DNA from: Escherichia coli
GTDB taxonomy: Bacteria; Pseudomonadota; Gammaproteobacteria; Enterobacterales; Enterobacteriaceae
NCBI RefSeq assembly: GCF_050920415.1
Contig: NZ_CP169309.1
Strand: one strand, 5' to 3'
DNA: 64,000 nucleotides
Under the pieces are notes generated by a model. That model was not told the DNA's origin and ran no database searches. It saw only the letters and a program-made list of their open reading frames with translations. Made by a program: the position numbers and the translations under genes. Each line of letters starts with the position of its first letter. Position 1 is the first letter of the stretch. Positions 1 through 11,450 of this stretch are shown here, one piece after another.

Positions 1-1739
1 ACGAAGGGGATAACCGTAAGGGCGTTAGTATTCGTGGTCTGGACAGCAGTTACACCCTGATTCTTGTCGATGGTAAACGCGTTAACTCCCGCAATGCCGT
101 TTTCCGCCATAATGATTTCGATCTGAACTGGATACCTGTCGACTCCATCGAGCGTATTGAAGTGGTCCGTGGCCCGATGTCGTCGCTGTACGGTTCCGAT
201 GCGCTCGGCGGTGTCGTGAATATCATCACCAAAAAAATCGGTCAGAAATGGTCGGGTACCGTTACTGTCGATACCACCATTCAGGAACATCGCGATCGCG
301 GTGATACCTATAACGGTCAGTTCTTTACCAGCGGACCATTAATTGACGGCGTGCTGGGAATGAAAGCTTACGGCAGCCTGGCAAAACGTGAAAAGGATGA
401 CCCACAAAACTCAACGACCACCGATACCGGAGAAACGCCGCGTATTGAAGGATTCTCCAGCCGCGACGGCAATGTGGAATTTGCCTGGACACCGAATCAA
501 AATCACGATTTTACCGCTGGATATGGTTTTGACCGTCAGGATCGTGATTCCGACTCGCTGGACAAAAACCGCCTGGAACGTCAGAACTACTCCGTTAGCC
601 ATAATGGGCGTTGGGATTACGGCACCAGCGAACTGAAATACTACGGTGAGAAAGTCGAAAACAAAAACCCTGGCAACAGCAGCCCGATTACTTCCGAAAG
701 CAATACGGTCGATGGTAAATACACGTTGCCACTGACGGCGATTAATCAGTTTGTTACGGTTGGCGGTGAATGGCGTCACGACAAACTTAGCGATGCAGTA
801 AACCTGACCGGAGGAACAAGCTCCAAAACGTCTGCCAGCCAGTACGCGCTGTTTGTGGAAGATGAATGGCGGATCTTCGAGCCGCTGGCGCTGACGACCG
901 GCGTGCGTATGGACGATCACGAAACCTACGGTGAACACTGGAGTCCTCGTGCCTACCTGGTTTACAACGCCACCGACACCGTAACGGTGAAAGGGGGCTG
1001 GGTGACGGCATTTAAAGCACCTTCTCTGTTGCAACTTAGCCCTGACTGGACGAGCAATTCCTGCCGTGGCGCATGTAAGATTGTGGGTAGCTCGGATCTG
1101 AAACCTGAAACCAGCGAAAGTTGGGAGCTGGGGCTTTACTACATGGGTGAAGAAGGCTGGCTGGAAGGGGTTGAATCCAGCGTGACCGTTTTCCGCAACG
1201 ATGTAAAAGATCGTATCAGCATCAGCCGTACGTCTGACGTCAATGCTGCTCCGGGCTACCAAAACTTTGTCGGTTTTACAGCGGACGGTGTGCCAGTATT
1301 CAGCTACTACAACGTTAACAAAGCACGTATTCAGGGCGTGGAAACCGAACTGAAAATTCCGTTCAACGATGAATGGAAACTGTCGATCAACTACACCTAC
1401 AACGATGGTCGTGATGTCAGCAACGGCGAAAACAAACCGTTGTCCGATCTGCCGTTCCATACCGCTAACGGTACGCTGGACTGGAAACCGCTGGCGCTGG
1501 AAGACTGGTCATTCTATGTTTCTGGTCACTATACCGGGCAGAAACGCGCCGACAGCGCGACGGCTAAAACTCCGGGCGGTTATACCATCTGGAATACCGG
1601 CGCGGCCTGGCAGGTGACCAAAGACGTCAAACTGCGTGCGGGTGTGCTGAACCTTGGCGACAAGGATCTCAGTCGTGACGACTACAGCTATAACGAAGAT
1701 GGACGTCGTTACTTTATGGCAGTGGATTATCGCTTCTGA
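1..1739 (+). CDS. cirA: TonB-dependent outer-membrane siderophore/colicin I receptor, 3' portion (5' end lies upstream of window)
   Basis: Frame is open from window start (translation [27 protein letters not shown]... continues into the 525-aa ORF) and ends with the aromatic C-terminal residue typical of TonB-dependent barrels (...DYRF*); synteny next to yeiG/folE. Confidence 0.85.
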   Translation, partial: EGDNRKGVSIRGLDSSYTLILVDGKRVNSRNAVFRHNDFDLNWIPVDSIERIEVVRGPMSSLYGSDALGGVVNIITKKIGQKWSGTVTVDTTIQEHRDRGDTYNGQFFTSGPLIDGVLGMKAYGSLAKREKDDPQNSTTTDTGETPRIEGFSSRDGNVEFAWTPNQNHDFTAGYGFDRQDRDSDSLDKNRLERQNYSVSHNGRWDYGTSELKYYGEKVENKNPGNSSPITSESNTVDGKYTLPLTAINQFVTVGGEWRHDKLSDAVNLTGGTSSKTSASQYALFVEDEWRIFEPLALTTGVRMDDHETYGEHWSPRAYLVYNATDTVTVKGGWVTAFKAPSLLQLSPDWTSNSCRGACKIVGSSDLKPETSESWELGLYYMGEEGWLEGVESSVTVFRNDVKDRISISRTSDVNAAPGYQNFVGFTADGVPVFSYYNVNKARIQGVETELKIPFNDEWKLSINYTYNDGRDVSNGENKPLSDLPFHTANGTLDWKPLALEDWSFYVSGHYTGQKRADSATAKTPGGYTIWNTGAAWQVTKDVKLRAGVLNLGDKDLSRDDYSYNEDGRRYFMAVDYRF

Positions 1740-1747
1740 TGCGAAGA

Positions 1748-1772
1748 TGCCCGGCGTGGATCCCGCCGGGCA
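1748..1772. terminator. GC-rich hairpin (gcccggcg-N7-cgccgggc) between convergent cirA and island transporter gene; possible bidirectional terminator
   Basis: Inverted repeat read directly in sequence; no strong U-tract on either side. Confidence 0.35.
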
Positions 1773-1797
1773 TAATCCCAGAAATTCGCTTCTGGCT

Positions 1798-3120
1798 TTA
1801 TAACCGATGAAATTTTGCCAGTAAGGCCAGTGAAAATGTTGTCAGCAAAATGGTAATGACTGCGTAAATATACACTCCTGACCATTCCCAACTGTTTTTC
1901 ACCATAATAACTGGAAGCCCTGCCATTGCCGCGCCTAAATAACTAAACAAGCCCCTGAATCCAGTAATGGAACCTGCCGCATCTTTATGCGTAACATCAA
2001 GACACCCGACAGCGAATAACATATGCGGTCCATACAATGCAAACCCCATGATTGTAAACAGAATAGCCGTTAATGTGTAGGAGACGTCCTGCACCAGCGG
2101 TACGAGAACGATGCAAATACATAAAGCGATGGCAAAGATTAATCCTGTCATCCAGCGGTTACTTTTAAACATGAAATCGGACAAGTACCCCGCCAGTAAT
2201 CCCCCAGCAAGTCCACCTGCTTCAAACCAGGATATAATGGAGTTCGCTTTAATCAGGCTCCAGTTATGAACCTGAGAATAATAAATTTGTGGCCAGTCAT
2301 TGAGGATGGTGCGTGCAATATAGACCGACATATCCCCGAGGATAATGAGCCAAACTAATGGGTTGGTAAGAATATATTTAACGAATATTTGCCAAAAACT
2401 GAGATCAACCGGACTTGCTTTAACTTGTGCAAGTTCTGTCGGGTCGTTGCGCCACTTACCGACGTTAGGCAAACCGAGCGTGCCGGGACGATCTTTTATC
2501 GTAAACAAGGCAACAATCCCCATAATCAGTGAGATTACACCCGGAACATAAAAGCCCATCTTCCAGCTGCCACTAAAAGCAATAGCAAAGCTTGTCAGGA
2601 GAGGCGCAAGACTACCGCCAATATTATGCGCAGCTTCAACAACTGCCCACCAGCGTCCGCGTTCATTTTTCGAGAACCACGAGGCCATAATTTTTGCCAT
2701 TGGCGGAAAACTGGTACCCTGGAGAATAGCATTAAGGCTATACAGGATATAGAACGCAGCAACGCTGTCTGAAAAACCGAAAAGAATGTTAACAATACCG
2801 ACGCCAATAAGTACGGGGCCAGTCATCGCTCGTGGGTTAATTTTATCGACTAACATGCCACCTACAAACTTCATGGAGCCATAAAGAATGTAAAAGACCG
2901 ACGACATGATAGCGAAATCTTGTGCGGTTAATGACGTATCCGTTAACATCGCTGGCATGGCCGCAGAGAAATTCTTGCGGGTTAAGTAAAATACGGCATA
3001 AGAGATAAATACAGAGGTGATGATTTCAATGCGAAATTTTTTATAAGTATGATCAACTTCTTCTTTTGGTTTGACCACCGGTTGGTCGGCCTGGCTGAAA
3101 ATAAATTTTTTCAAACTCAT
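1798..3120 (-). CDS. MFS transporter, organophosphate:phosphate antiporter family (UhpT/UhpC/GlpT/PgtP-like), 440 aa
   Basis: 440-aa polytopic protein with 12 predicted hydrophobic segments and motifs typical of sugar-phosphate/phosphoglycerate antiporters; not present at this position in the K-12 arrangement (cirA is directly followed by yeiG there). Confidence 0.75.
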   Translation of the reverse strand: MSLKKFIFSQADQPVVKPKEEVDHTYKKFRIEIITSVFISYAVFYLTRKNFSAAMPAMLTDTSLTAQDFAIMSSVFYILYGSMKFVGGMLVDKINPRAMTGPVLIGVGIVNILFGFSDSVAAFYILYSLNAILQGTSFPPMAKIMASWFSKNERGRWWAVVEAAHNIGGSLAPLLTSFAIAFSGSWKMGFYVPGVISLIMGIVALFTIKDRPGTLGLPNVGKWRNDPTELAQVKASPVDLSFWQIFVKYILTNPLVWLIILGDMSVYIARTILNDWPQIYYSQVHNWSLIKANSIISWFEAGGLAGGLLAGYLSDFMFKSNRWMTGLIFAIALCICIVLVPLVQDVSYTLTAILFTIMGFALYGPHMLFAVGCLDVTHKDAAGSITGFRGLFSYLGAAMAGLPVIMVKNSWEWSGVYIYAVITILLTTFSLALLAKFHRL

Positions 3121-3152
3121 TGTGAGTTTCCTTTTCTGTGAACCTTATGGCG

Positions 3153-4040
3153 CTATAATTTTTCTTCTATAAAAAAGAGAAGCGACTCGAAACCATTAAA
3201 ATTAATCTGGTCAGCAATTTTTTCCCGGGTTTTAGATTTTGCTTTCCATGCCACGCCATTTCCGGCATGCAAAAGCATAGGAATATCATTGGCACCATCT
3301 CCACAGGCAATGATGTTTTCACGGCAGATAGCTAACTCTGTCGCTAAATTTATCAGGGTTTGCTTTTTCTTTTCTGCATTCATAATAGGTAAGGTAATTG
3401 TATCAGTTAACAGATCTTCCTTAATGCGCACAGAGTTAGAAAATGCAAAATCAAGTTGATATTTTTCCTTCAATCGCTCAGTAAAAATATCCAAACCTCC
3501 AGATATAATTGCCGTCTTGAATCCTTTTTCTTTTAGTATGGGAAGAATAGTTTCAAGACCTGGTGAAAGAGTCATCTGTTCACAAACTTGATGCAATATA
3601 TCTTTATGCGTTCCTTTAAGCATGGCAATTCGCCGGGTAAAACTGGTATCAAAATCGATTTTCCCTTCCATCGCTTCACGGGTCAGTGCGGTGATTTTTT
3701 CAGAGATGCCGAGTCTACGGGCTATTTCATCGACACCTTCTTCTTCAACAAAGGTGGAATCCATATCAAAGGCAATAATTCCCTGATCCGGCAAGACCCT
3801 GGGTTTACGGAAAAAATCAAACTGATGATTATCAGCACGGTGACGTAAACCAGCATAAAAAGCAGGGTTGGTAACATCATCTGGTAATACTAGCTTTAGA
3901 TACTCTTTATTTATTTGCCCACTGTAATTCGTTGTTAGCGAAAACACCGAGGGGGAAATCTTTAAATGTTGCAGATAATCTTCCAGACATTTTTGGGTGA
4001 TGTCGATGCCTGTTGGCGACAAGAAATAAATAATCGTCAT
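3153..4040 (-). CDS. HAD-superfamily phosphoserine phosphatase (SerB-like paralog), 295 aa
   Basis: HAD motifs in translation: motif I 'AFDMDSTF', 'ISGGLD', motif IV 'CGDGANDIPML'; overall collinear with E. coli SerB catalytic domain. Confidence 0.8.
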   Translation of the reverse strand: MTIIYFLSPTGIDITQKCLEDYLQHLKISPSVFSLTTNYSGQINKEYLKLVLPDDVTNPAFYAGLRHRADNHQFDFFRKPRVLPDQGIIAFDMDSTFVEEEGVDEIARRLGISEKITALTREAMEGKIDFDTSFTRRIAMLKGTHKDILHQVCEQMTLSPGLETILPILKEKGFKTAIISGGLDIFTERLKEKYQLDFAFSNSVRIKEDLLTDTITLPIMNAEKKKQTLINLATELAICRENIIACGDGANDIPMLLHAGNGVAWKAKSKTREKIADQINFNGFESLLFFIEEKL

Positions 4041-4134
4041 TTACCGCTCCTTTTTATCTGCAATGATTATAATAAGATTTCATAGAGGCTGATGTATCTG
4101 ACAATCACAGTTGTGAATGTTAAATAAAAGATAA

Positions 4135-4195
4135 AAAAGTACTTTTTTTGATACTTTGAAATAATAAGATACTAAAAGTACCATTTTTGATATCT
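4135..4195. promoter_or_regulatory. Pair of ~20-bp direct repeats (aaaagtacYNtttttgatatc) in AT-rich divergent promoter region of the island
   Basis: Direct repeats at 4135-4155 and 4174-4195 seen in sequence; located between divergently transcribed SerB-like and serine dehydratase genes. Confidence 0.3.
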
Positions 4196-4250
4196 TTACC
4201 AGGATATAAAGAATAACTATTTTTCAACGTTGAAGGAATCATTTAAAAAT

Positions 4251-5603
4251 ATGGAAAGCTGCATAGATATATTCAAGATAGTTATTGGTCCATCCAGTTC
4301 CCGCACAGTCGGGCCAATGCGTGCGGCTTATAATTTTGTGTCACAATTGAAACAGCAAGAAATGTTACCTTTGTTGCGGAAAATTGATGTCGAACTTTAT
4401 GGTGCGCTGTCATTAAGCCGCAAGTGCCATAATGTTGATGTGGCGATTTATCTCGGTTTGCAAGGACACTTACCTGACAGCGTTGACATTCGCATGGAAA
4501 TGTCCGCCATCAGGCGTGCAGAAACTGAGGCGACGCTGGAAGTTATGCCTGGTGTCAACGTCAGTGTATCCATTCTTTCTAATCTACAAGCGCATCCGGG
4601 GCACCCTTATGCGATGACATTTCGTGCCAGAGATGACTGGTTTACACTTTATGAAGAAACCTGGTTTTCTATCGGCGACGGTCAAGTGCTAAAAGCAGGA
4701 GAGGCGATTATTCCTCCATCAGTCACTCCACATCCTTTTGAATTCCAGAACGCAAACGAATTATTAAAACTTTGTCAGCAAAATGGATTATCTGTCGCGG
4801 CATTAATGATGAAAAACGAACTGCACTGCCAGACAGCAGCTTTTTTGCATGACGATCTTCATAAAAAATGGGAAGTAATGAAGGATGCGGTTTATCGCGG
4901 GATGCATACAGAAGGATTACTTCCAGGTCCGTTTCAGGTTAACCGTCGTGCCTGTGCTTTATATAAATCGTTGCAGTCAAAGGGGTTTTCCAATGACTTC
5001 CTGACTACGCTCAATTGGGTCAATACTTTTGCCATTGCGGTGAGCGAAGAAAATGCTGCGGGTGGACGTGTCGTGACAGCACCCACCAACGGCGCGAGCG
5101 GTATTATCCCGGCTGTACTGTGCTGGTATGATAAATTCATTCACGAGCTTGATACATACTCCGTTACCCGCTTTTTACTGACCGCTGGTGCCATCGCCAT
5201 TCTGTTCAAAAAAAATGCCTCTATTCTGGGTTCTGAAGTTGGATGTCAGGGGGAAATAGGTGTTGCCAGTTCAATGGCGGCAGCAGGATTAGCAGAACTT
5301 ATGGGCGGGTCAGTGGCTCAGGTACTTAGCGCGGCAGAAATTGCGATGGAGCATCATTTAGGTTTGACCTGTGATCCAGTTGGCGGGCAGGTACAAATTC
5401 CTTGTATTGAACGAAATGCTATTTCAGCTGTGAAAGCTATCAACGCAACGACGATGGCGTTGAGTCGCATAAGCGAGCCGTGCATTACACTGGATGAGAT
5501 AATTTCCGCGATGTATGAAACCGGAAAGGATATGAGCGCTAAATACCGTGAAACTTATCATGGCTGTCTGAGCAAATTGCAGCCAAGAAAAAAGGATGCG
5601 TAA
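4251..5603 (+). CDS. L-serine dehydratase (iron-sulfur, SdaA/SdaB/TdcG family) paralog
   Basis: Translation aligns along its length with E. coli SdaA (e.g. '[12 protein letters not shown]', '[18 protein letters not shown]', '[19 protein letters not shown]', '[21 protein letters not shown]', '[14 protein letters not shown]'). ATG at 4251 matches SdaA N-terminus; an alternative TTG start at 4230 is possible. Confidence 0.85.
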   Translation: MESCIDIFKIVIGPSSSRTVGPMRAAYNFVSQLKQQEMLPLLRKIDVELYGALSLSRKCHNVDVAIYLGLQGHLPDSVDIRMEMSAIRRAETEATLEVMPGVNVSVSILSNLQAHPGHPYAMTFRARDDWFTLYEETWFSIGDGQVLKAGEAIIPPSVTPHPFEFQNANELLKLCQQNGLSVAALMMKNELHCQTAAFLHDDLHKKWEVMKDAVYRGMHTEGLLPGPFQVNRRACALYKSLQSKGFSNDFLTTLNWVNTFAIAVSEENAAGGRVVTAPTNGASGIIPAVLCWYDKFIHELDTYSVTRFLLTAGAIAILFKKNASILGSEVGCQGEIGVASSMAAAGLAELMGGSVAQVLSAAEIAMEHHLGLTCDPVGGQVQIPCIERNAISAVKAINATTMALSRISEPCITLDEIISAMYETGKDMSAKYRETYHGCLSKLQPRKKDA

Positions 5604-5994
5604 GATGAAATATAATACGATGAATAACAACGAAATTATTTTATCACTGTGCGCTCGCATTAAAGAAACGCGTATCTCATTATCATTGACCCAACAGCAG
5701 TTAGCCGAGCGTGCATTGGTGGGCATAGCAACGGTCAAGCGGATTGAAAAGGGGGGAAGTTTAAATCTTGATACTCTCATTTCTCTTCTGCGCGCGCTGA
5801 ATAAATTGCAAAATCTCGATGCCATATTGTTCGAAGCAGAAATGCGTAATTTCAACGAAAATAGTTCCAGCGGCGAAGGGGCAGGGCGACTACAGGTACG
5901 CCAGCAACTGACAGATTTAAACCAGAAGTCTCCAGCCCCGCACGCAGATGACCATAATTTTAGTACGGCGCTGGAAAATACCCTCTGCTGGTGA
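5596..5994 (+). CDS. Small helix-turn-helix (XRE/Cro-like) transcriptional regulator with non-conserved C-terminal tail
   Basis: N-terminal segment 'ISLSLTQQQLAERALVGIATVKRIEKG' is a classic HTH_XRE signature; start overlaps serine dehydratase stop; stop codon abuts yeiG stop back-to-back. Confidence 0.55.
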   Translation: MRKMKYNTMNNNEIILSLCARIKETRISLSLTQQQLAERALVGIATVKRIEKGGSLNLDTLISLLRALNKLQNLDAILFEAEMRNFNENSSSGEGAGRLQVRQQLTDLNQKSPAPHADDHNFSTALENTLCW

Positions 5995-6864
<870 letters not shown>

Positions 6865-7088
6865 TCATCATACCGTTTATTCAATGTGCTGTGAGTAACT
6901 TTCACTTCCGTATATACATAACGATGTTTTAACATCTGCTGATGAAAGGCAGCGGCAATTACAATAATTATCGCTGTGAATACTGGATTATGTGCGCCGC
7001 CTCACGCACAATAATCAGGCTGTAAATCAGCTTAATAACTTTGCCCCCACGCAGGGCGGAGGCGTCACACCTGCAGGAGAAATCATAA

Positions 7089-7757
7089 ATGCCATCACTC
7101 AGTAAAGAAGCGGCCCTGGTTCATGAAGCGTTAGTTGCGCGAGGACTGGAAACACCGCTGCGCCCGCCCGTGCATGAAATGGATAACGAAACGCGCAAAA
7201 GCCTTATTGCTGGTCATATGACCGAAATCATGCAGCTGCTGAATCTCGACCTGGCTGATGACAGTTTGATGGAAACGCCGCATCGCATCGCTAAAATGTA
7301 TGTCGATGAAATTTTCTCCGGTCTGGATTACGCCAATTTCCCGAAAATCACCCTCATTGAAAACAAAATGAAGGTTGATGAAATGGTCACCGTGCGCGAT
7401 ATCACCCTGACCAGTACCTGTGAACACCATTTTGTTACCATCGATGGCAAAGCGACGGTGGCTTATATCCCGAAAGATTCGGTGATCGGTCTGTCAAAAA
7501 TTAACCGTATCGTGCAGTTCTTTGCCCAGCGTCCGCAGGTGCAGGAACGTCTGACGCAGCAAATTCTCATTGCGCTACAAACGCTGCTGGGCACCAATAA
7601 CGTGGCTGTCTCTATCGATGCGGTACATTACTGCGTGAAGGCGCGCGGCATCCGCGATGCAACCAGTGCCACGACAACGACCTCTCTTGGTGGATTGTTC
7701 AAATCCAGTCAGAATACGCGCCACGAGTTTCTGCGCGCTGTGCGTCATCACAACTGA
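7089..7757 (+). CDS. folE: GTP cyclohydrolase I, 222 aa
   Basis: Length and conserved motifs ('TSTCEHHFV', '[11 protein letters not shown]'); synteny with yeiB/galS. Confidence 0.95.
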
Positions 7758-7773
7758 TTAAAAGGCAGGAACC

Positions 7774-8931
7774 ATGGAGCGCAACGTCACGCTCGATTTT
7801 GTTCGCGGCGTCGCCATTCTGGGGATCCTGCTATTAAACATCAGCGCCTTTGGGTTACCAAAGGCGGCTTATCTCAATCCCGCCTGGTACGGCGCTATTA
7901 CGCCGCAGGATGCATGGACCTGGGCATTACTCGATCTCATCGGTCAGGTGAAATTCCTCACGCTTTTTGCGTTGCTGTTTGGTGCTGGCCTGCAAATGTT
8001 GCTACCCCGTGGCAAACGCTGGATCCAGTCGCGGTTAACACTGTTAGTCTTGTTGGGCTTTATTCACGGTTTATTGTTCTGGGACGGCGATATTCTGTTG
8101 GCTTACGGGCTGGTGGGCTTAATCTGTTGGCGGCTGGTGCGCGATGCGCCATCGGTAAAAAGCCTGTTTAATACCGGCGTCATGCTTTATCTGGTGGGGC
8201 TTGGCGTTTTGCTGTTGTTGGGGTTGATTTCAGACAGTCAGACCAGCCGCGCCTGGACGCCGGATGCATCGGCTATTTTGTATGAAAAATACTGGAAGCT
8301 TCATGGCGGCGTTGAAGCGATCGGTAACCGTGCCGATGGAGTTGGGAACAGTTTACTGGCACTGGGCGCACAGTATGGCTGGCAACTGGCAGGGATGATG
8401 CTAATTGGCGCGGCGCTGATGCGCAGTGGCTGGCTGAAAGGGCAGTTTAGCTTGCGCCATTATCGGCGTACCGGTTTTGTGCTGGTGGCGATTGGGGTGA
8501 TCATTAACCTTCCAGCGATCGCCCTGCAATGGCGGCTGGACTGGGCATATCGCTGGTGCGCCTTCTTACTTCAGATGCCGCGGGAACTGAGTGCGCCGTT
8601 TCAGGCGGTTGGCTATGCGTCGCTGTTTTATGGTTTCTGGCCGCAATTGAGCCGCTTTAAGCTGGTGCTCGCGATCGCCTGCGTCGGACGGATGGCGCTG
8701 ACCAACTATCTATTGCAAACGCTGATTTGTACCACGCTTTTTTATCACCTCGGTTTGTTTATGCAGTTTGACCGTCTGGAATTGCTGGCGTTTGTTATTC
8801 CGGTATGGCTGGCGAATATTCTTTTCTCTGTTATCTGGCTGCGTTACTTCCGTCAGGGGCCGGTGGAATGGCTCTGGCGTCAGTTAACTTTGCGTGCTGC
8901 CGGACCTGCATTATCTAAAACATCAAGATAA
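7774..8931 (+). CDS. yeiB: DUF418-family inner membrane protein, 385 aa
   Basis: Polytopic membrane protein of expected length immediately downstream of folE. Confidence 0.8.
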   Translation: MERNVTLDFVRGVAILGILLLNISAFGLPKAAYLNPAWYGAITPQDAWTWALLDLIGQVKFLTLFALLFGAGLQMLLPRGKRWIQSRLTLLVLLGFIHGLLFWDGDILLAYGLVGLICWRLVRDAPSVKSLFNTGVMLYLVGLGVLLLLGLISDSQTSRAWTPDASAILYEKYWKLHGGVEAIGNRADGVGNSLLALGAQYGWQLAGMMLIGAALMRSGWLKGQFSLRHYRRTGFVLVAIGVIINLPAIALQWRLDWAYRWCAFLLQMPRELSAPFQAVGYASLFYGFWPQLSRFKLVLAIACVGRMALTNYLLQTLICTTLFYHLGLFMQFDRLELLAFVIPVWLANILFSVIWLRYFRQGPVEWLWRQLTLRAAGPALSKTSR

Positions 8932-8979
8932 CGATCTGGATCACATTCATTAACAAAATGGTTGTAACCGTTTCCATTG

Positions 8980-8995
8980 CTGTGACTCGATTCAC
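8980..8995. promoter_or_regulatory. CRP-like site (TGTGA-N6-TCACg) upstream of galS; adjacent candidate GalR/GalS operator-like sequence gttgtaaccgtttccat at 8959-8975
   Basis: Motif match by eye to the TGTGA-N6-TCACA CRP consensus and loose resemblance to gal operators; galS is known to be CRP-dependent and autoregulated. Confidence 0.3.
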
Positions 8996-9072
8996 GAAGT
9001 CCTGAATTCAGTGCTGACAAAATAGCCGCCAGCAAGCAGGCATTTACTGCAATCTCATAACAGGTAGTGAAT

Positions 9073-10113
9073 ATGATCACCATTCGTGATGTAGCGCGTC
9101 AGGCTGGCGTCTCTGTGGCAACGGTTTCCCGGGTGCTCAATAACAGCACGCTGGTCAGTGCCGACACGCGTGAAGCAGTAATGAAAGCAGTGAGCGAGCT
9201 GGATTATCGGCCAAACGCCAATGCCCAGGCGCTGGCAACTCAGGTTAGCGATACCATTGGCGTGGTGGTAATGGACGTTTCTGATGCGTTTTTCGGCGCG
9301 CTGGTAAAAGCGGTGGATCTCGTCGCCCAGCAGCACCAGAAATATGTGCTAATAGGTAATAGCTATCATGAAGCGGAAAAAGAGCGTCATGCCATTGAGG
9401 TGTTAATTCGCCAGCGTTGTAACGCGTTGATTGTTCATTCAAAAGCGTTAAGCGATGATGAATTAGCGCAGTTTATGGATAACATTCCCGGTATGGTGTT
9501 AATCAACCGCGTTGTGCCAGGTTACGCCCATCGTTGCGTTTGCCTGGATAATCTCAGTGGTGCCCGAATGGCCACGCGCATGTTGCTCAATAATGGTCAT
9601 CAACGTATTGGTTATCTTTCTTCCAGCCACGGCATTGAAGATGATGCCATGCGCAAAGCAGGCTGGATGAGTGCGTTGAAAGAGCAGGATATTATTCCGT
9701 CGGAAAGCTGGATTGGCACTGGCACCCCGGACATGCCAGGCGGTGAGGCGGCGATGGTTGAACTGCTGGGGCGCAATCTACAACTTACCGCTGTATTTGC
9801 ATACAACGACAATATGGCCGCTGGCGCACTGACGGCATTAAAAGATAATGGTATTGCGATTCCGTTACATCTCTCAATCATCGGTTTCGATGATATTCCC
9901 ATCGCTCGTTACACCGACCCACAATTAACGACCGTGCGTTATCCTATTGCTTCGATGGCAAAATTAGCTACCGAACTGGCCTTACAAGGGGCAGCAGGCA
10001 ACATTGATCCTCACGCCAGCCACTGTTTTATGCCGACGTTAGTGCGTCGCCATTCTGTCGCAACGCGCCAGAATGCGGCAGCGATCACTAACTCAACAAA
10101 TCAGTCGATGTAA
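9073..10113 (+). CDS. galS: LacI/GalR-family transcriptional repressor of the mgl/gal regulon (isorepressor)
   Basis: N-terminal HTH '[25 protein letters not shown]', LacI-type periplasmic-binding fold, position upstream of mglBAC. Confidence 0.9.
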   Translation: MITIRDVARQAGVSVATVSRVLNNSTLVSADTREAVMKAVSELDYRPNANAQALATQVSDTIGVVVMDVSDAFFGALVKAVDLVAQQHQKYVLIGNSYHEAEKERHAIEVLIRQRCNALIVHSKALSDDELAQFMDNIPGMVLINRVVPGYAHRCVCLDNLSGARMATRMLLNNGHQRIGYLSSSHGIEDDAMRKAGWMSALKEQDIIPSESWIGTGTPDMPGGEAAMVELLGRNLQLTAVFAYNDNMAAGALTALKDNGIAIPLHLSIIGFDDIPIARYTDPQLTTVRYPIASMAKLATELALQGAAGNIDPHASHCFMPTLVRRHSVATRQNAAAITNSTNQSM

Positions 10114-10125
10114 CCGCTTTCAATC

Positions 10126-10141
10126 TGTGAGTGATTTCACA
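10126..10141. promoter_or_regulatory. Consensus CRP binding site TGTGAgtgattTCACA in the galS-mglB intergenic region
   Basis: Perfect match to both CRP half-sites with 6-bp spacer, read in sequence. Confidence 0.5.
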
Positions 10142-10391
10142 GTATATTAACAATGCGATAGCTATGATTGCACCGTTTTAACGCTGTAACCTGCATGTAA
10201 CAGTGAATCATCACTTTCACCGAGGTAATAGCGTCATAACAACAATTAAAGCCTTTTCTGGAGCGTTACCGGGCATGGAAGAACGAATTTTAAAAAGTGA
10301 GCTTCGGCGTTCAGTAACACTTCATTAACTCTACTGCCCCGCCGAGCATTTATCTCAAGCACTACCCTGCATAAGAAAAACCGGAGATACC

Positions 10392-11390
10392 ATGAATAAG
10401 AAGGTGTTAACCCTGTCTGCTGTAATGGCCAGTATGTTATTCGGTGCCACTGCACACGCTGCTGATACCCGTATTGGTGTAACAATCTATAAGTACGACG
10501 ATAACTTTATGTCTGTTGTGCGCAAGGCTATCGAACAAGATGCGAAAGCCGCGCCAGATGTTCAGCTGCTGATGAATGATTCTCAGAATGACCAGTCCAA
10601 GCAGAACGATCAGATCGATGTATTGCTGGCGAAAGGGGTGAAGGCACTGGCGATCAACCTGGTTGACCCGGCAGCTGCGGGTACGGTGATTGAGAAAGCG
10701 CGCGGGCAAAACGTGCCGGTGGTTTTCTTCAACAAAGAACCGTCTCGTAAGGCGCTGGATAGCTACGATAAAGCCTACTATGTCGGCACTGACTCCAAAG
10801 AGTCCGGCATTATTCAGGGCGATTTGATTGCTAAGCATTGGGCGGCAAACCAGGATTGGGATCTCAACAAAGACGGTCAGATTCAATTCGTACTACTGAA
10901 AGGTGAACCGGGCCATCCGGATGCAGAAGCACGCACCACTTACGTGATTAAAGAGCTGAATGACAAAGGCATCAAAACTGAACAGTTACAGTTAGATACC
11001 GCTATGTGGGATACCGCTCAGGCGAAAGATAAGATGGACGCCTGGCTGTCTGGCCCGAACGCCAACAAAATCGAAGTGGTTATCGCCAACAATGATGCGA
11101 TGGCAATGGGCGCAGTAGAAGCACTGAAAGCACACAACAAGTCCAGCATTCCGGTGTTTGGTGTCGATGCGCTGCCAGAAGCTCTGGCACTGGTGAAATC
11201 TGGTGCACTGGCGGGCACCGTATTGAATGATGCTAACAACCAGGCGAAAGCGACCTTTGATCTGGCGAAAAACCTGGCCGATGGCAAAGGTGCGGCTGAT
11301 GGTACCAACTGGAAAATCGACAACAAAGTGGTCCGCGTACCTTATGTTGGCGTAGATAAAGACAACCTGGCTGAATTCAGCAAGAAATAA
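10392..11390 (+). CDS. mglB: Periplasmic galactose/glucose-binding protein, 332 aa
   Basis: Signal peptide followed by periplasmic-binding-protein sequence; conserved mglBAC order. Confidence 0.95.
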   Translation: MNKKVLTLSAVMASMLFGATAHAADTRIGVTIYKYDDNFMSVVRKAIEQDAKAAPDVQLLMNDSQNDQSKQNDQIDVLLAKGVKALAINLVDPAAAGTVIEKARGQNVPVVFFNKEPSRKALDSYDKAYYVGTDSKESGIIQGDLIAKHWAANQDWDLNKDGQIQFVLLKGEPGHPDAEARTTYVIKELNDKGIKTEQLQLDTAMWDTAQAKDKMDAWLSGPNANKIEVVIANNDAMAMGAVEALKAHNKSSIPVFGVDALPEALALVKSGALAGTVLNDANNQAKATFDLAKNLADGKGAADGTNWKIDNKVVRVPYVGVDKDNLAEFSKK

Positions 11391-11398
11391 GACTGATT

Positions 11399-11428
11399 GG
11401 GCGCAGTCGTTTACTGCGCCCTTATTGT
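11399..11428 (+). terminator. Intra-operon hairpin (gggcgcagt-cgttt-actgcgccc) followed by T-rich tract between mglB and mglA; likely partial terminator/attenuator
   Basis: Perfect 9-bp stem with 5-nt loop read in sequence, then 'cttattgtat'. Confidence 0.5.
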
Positions 11429-11450
11429 ATGGCCAACAAGGTAAAATTAT

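Noticed and set aside
411-1460. 349-aa minus-strand ORF
   Set aside because: Antisense to the cirA TonB-dependent receptor frame; no recognisable protein features.
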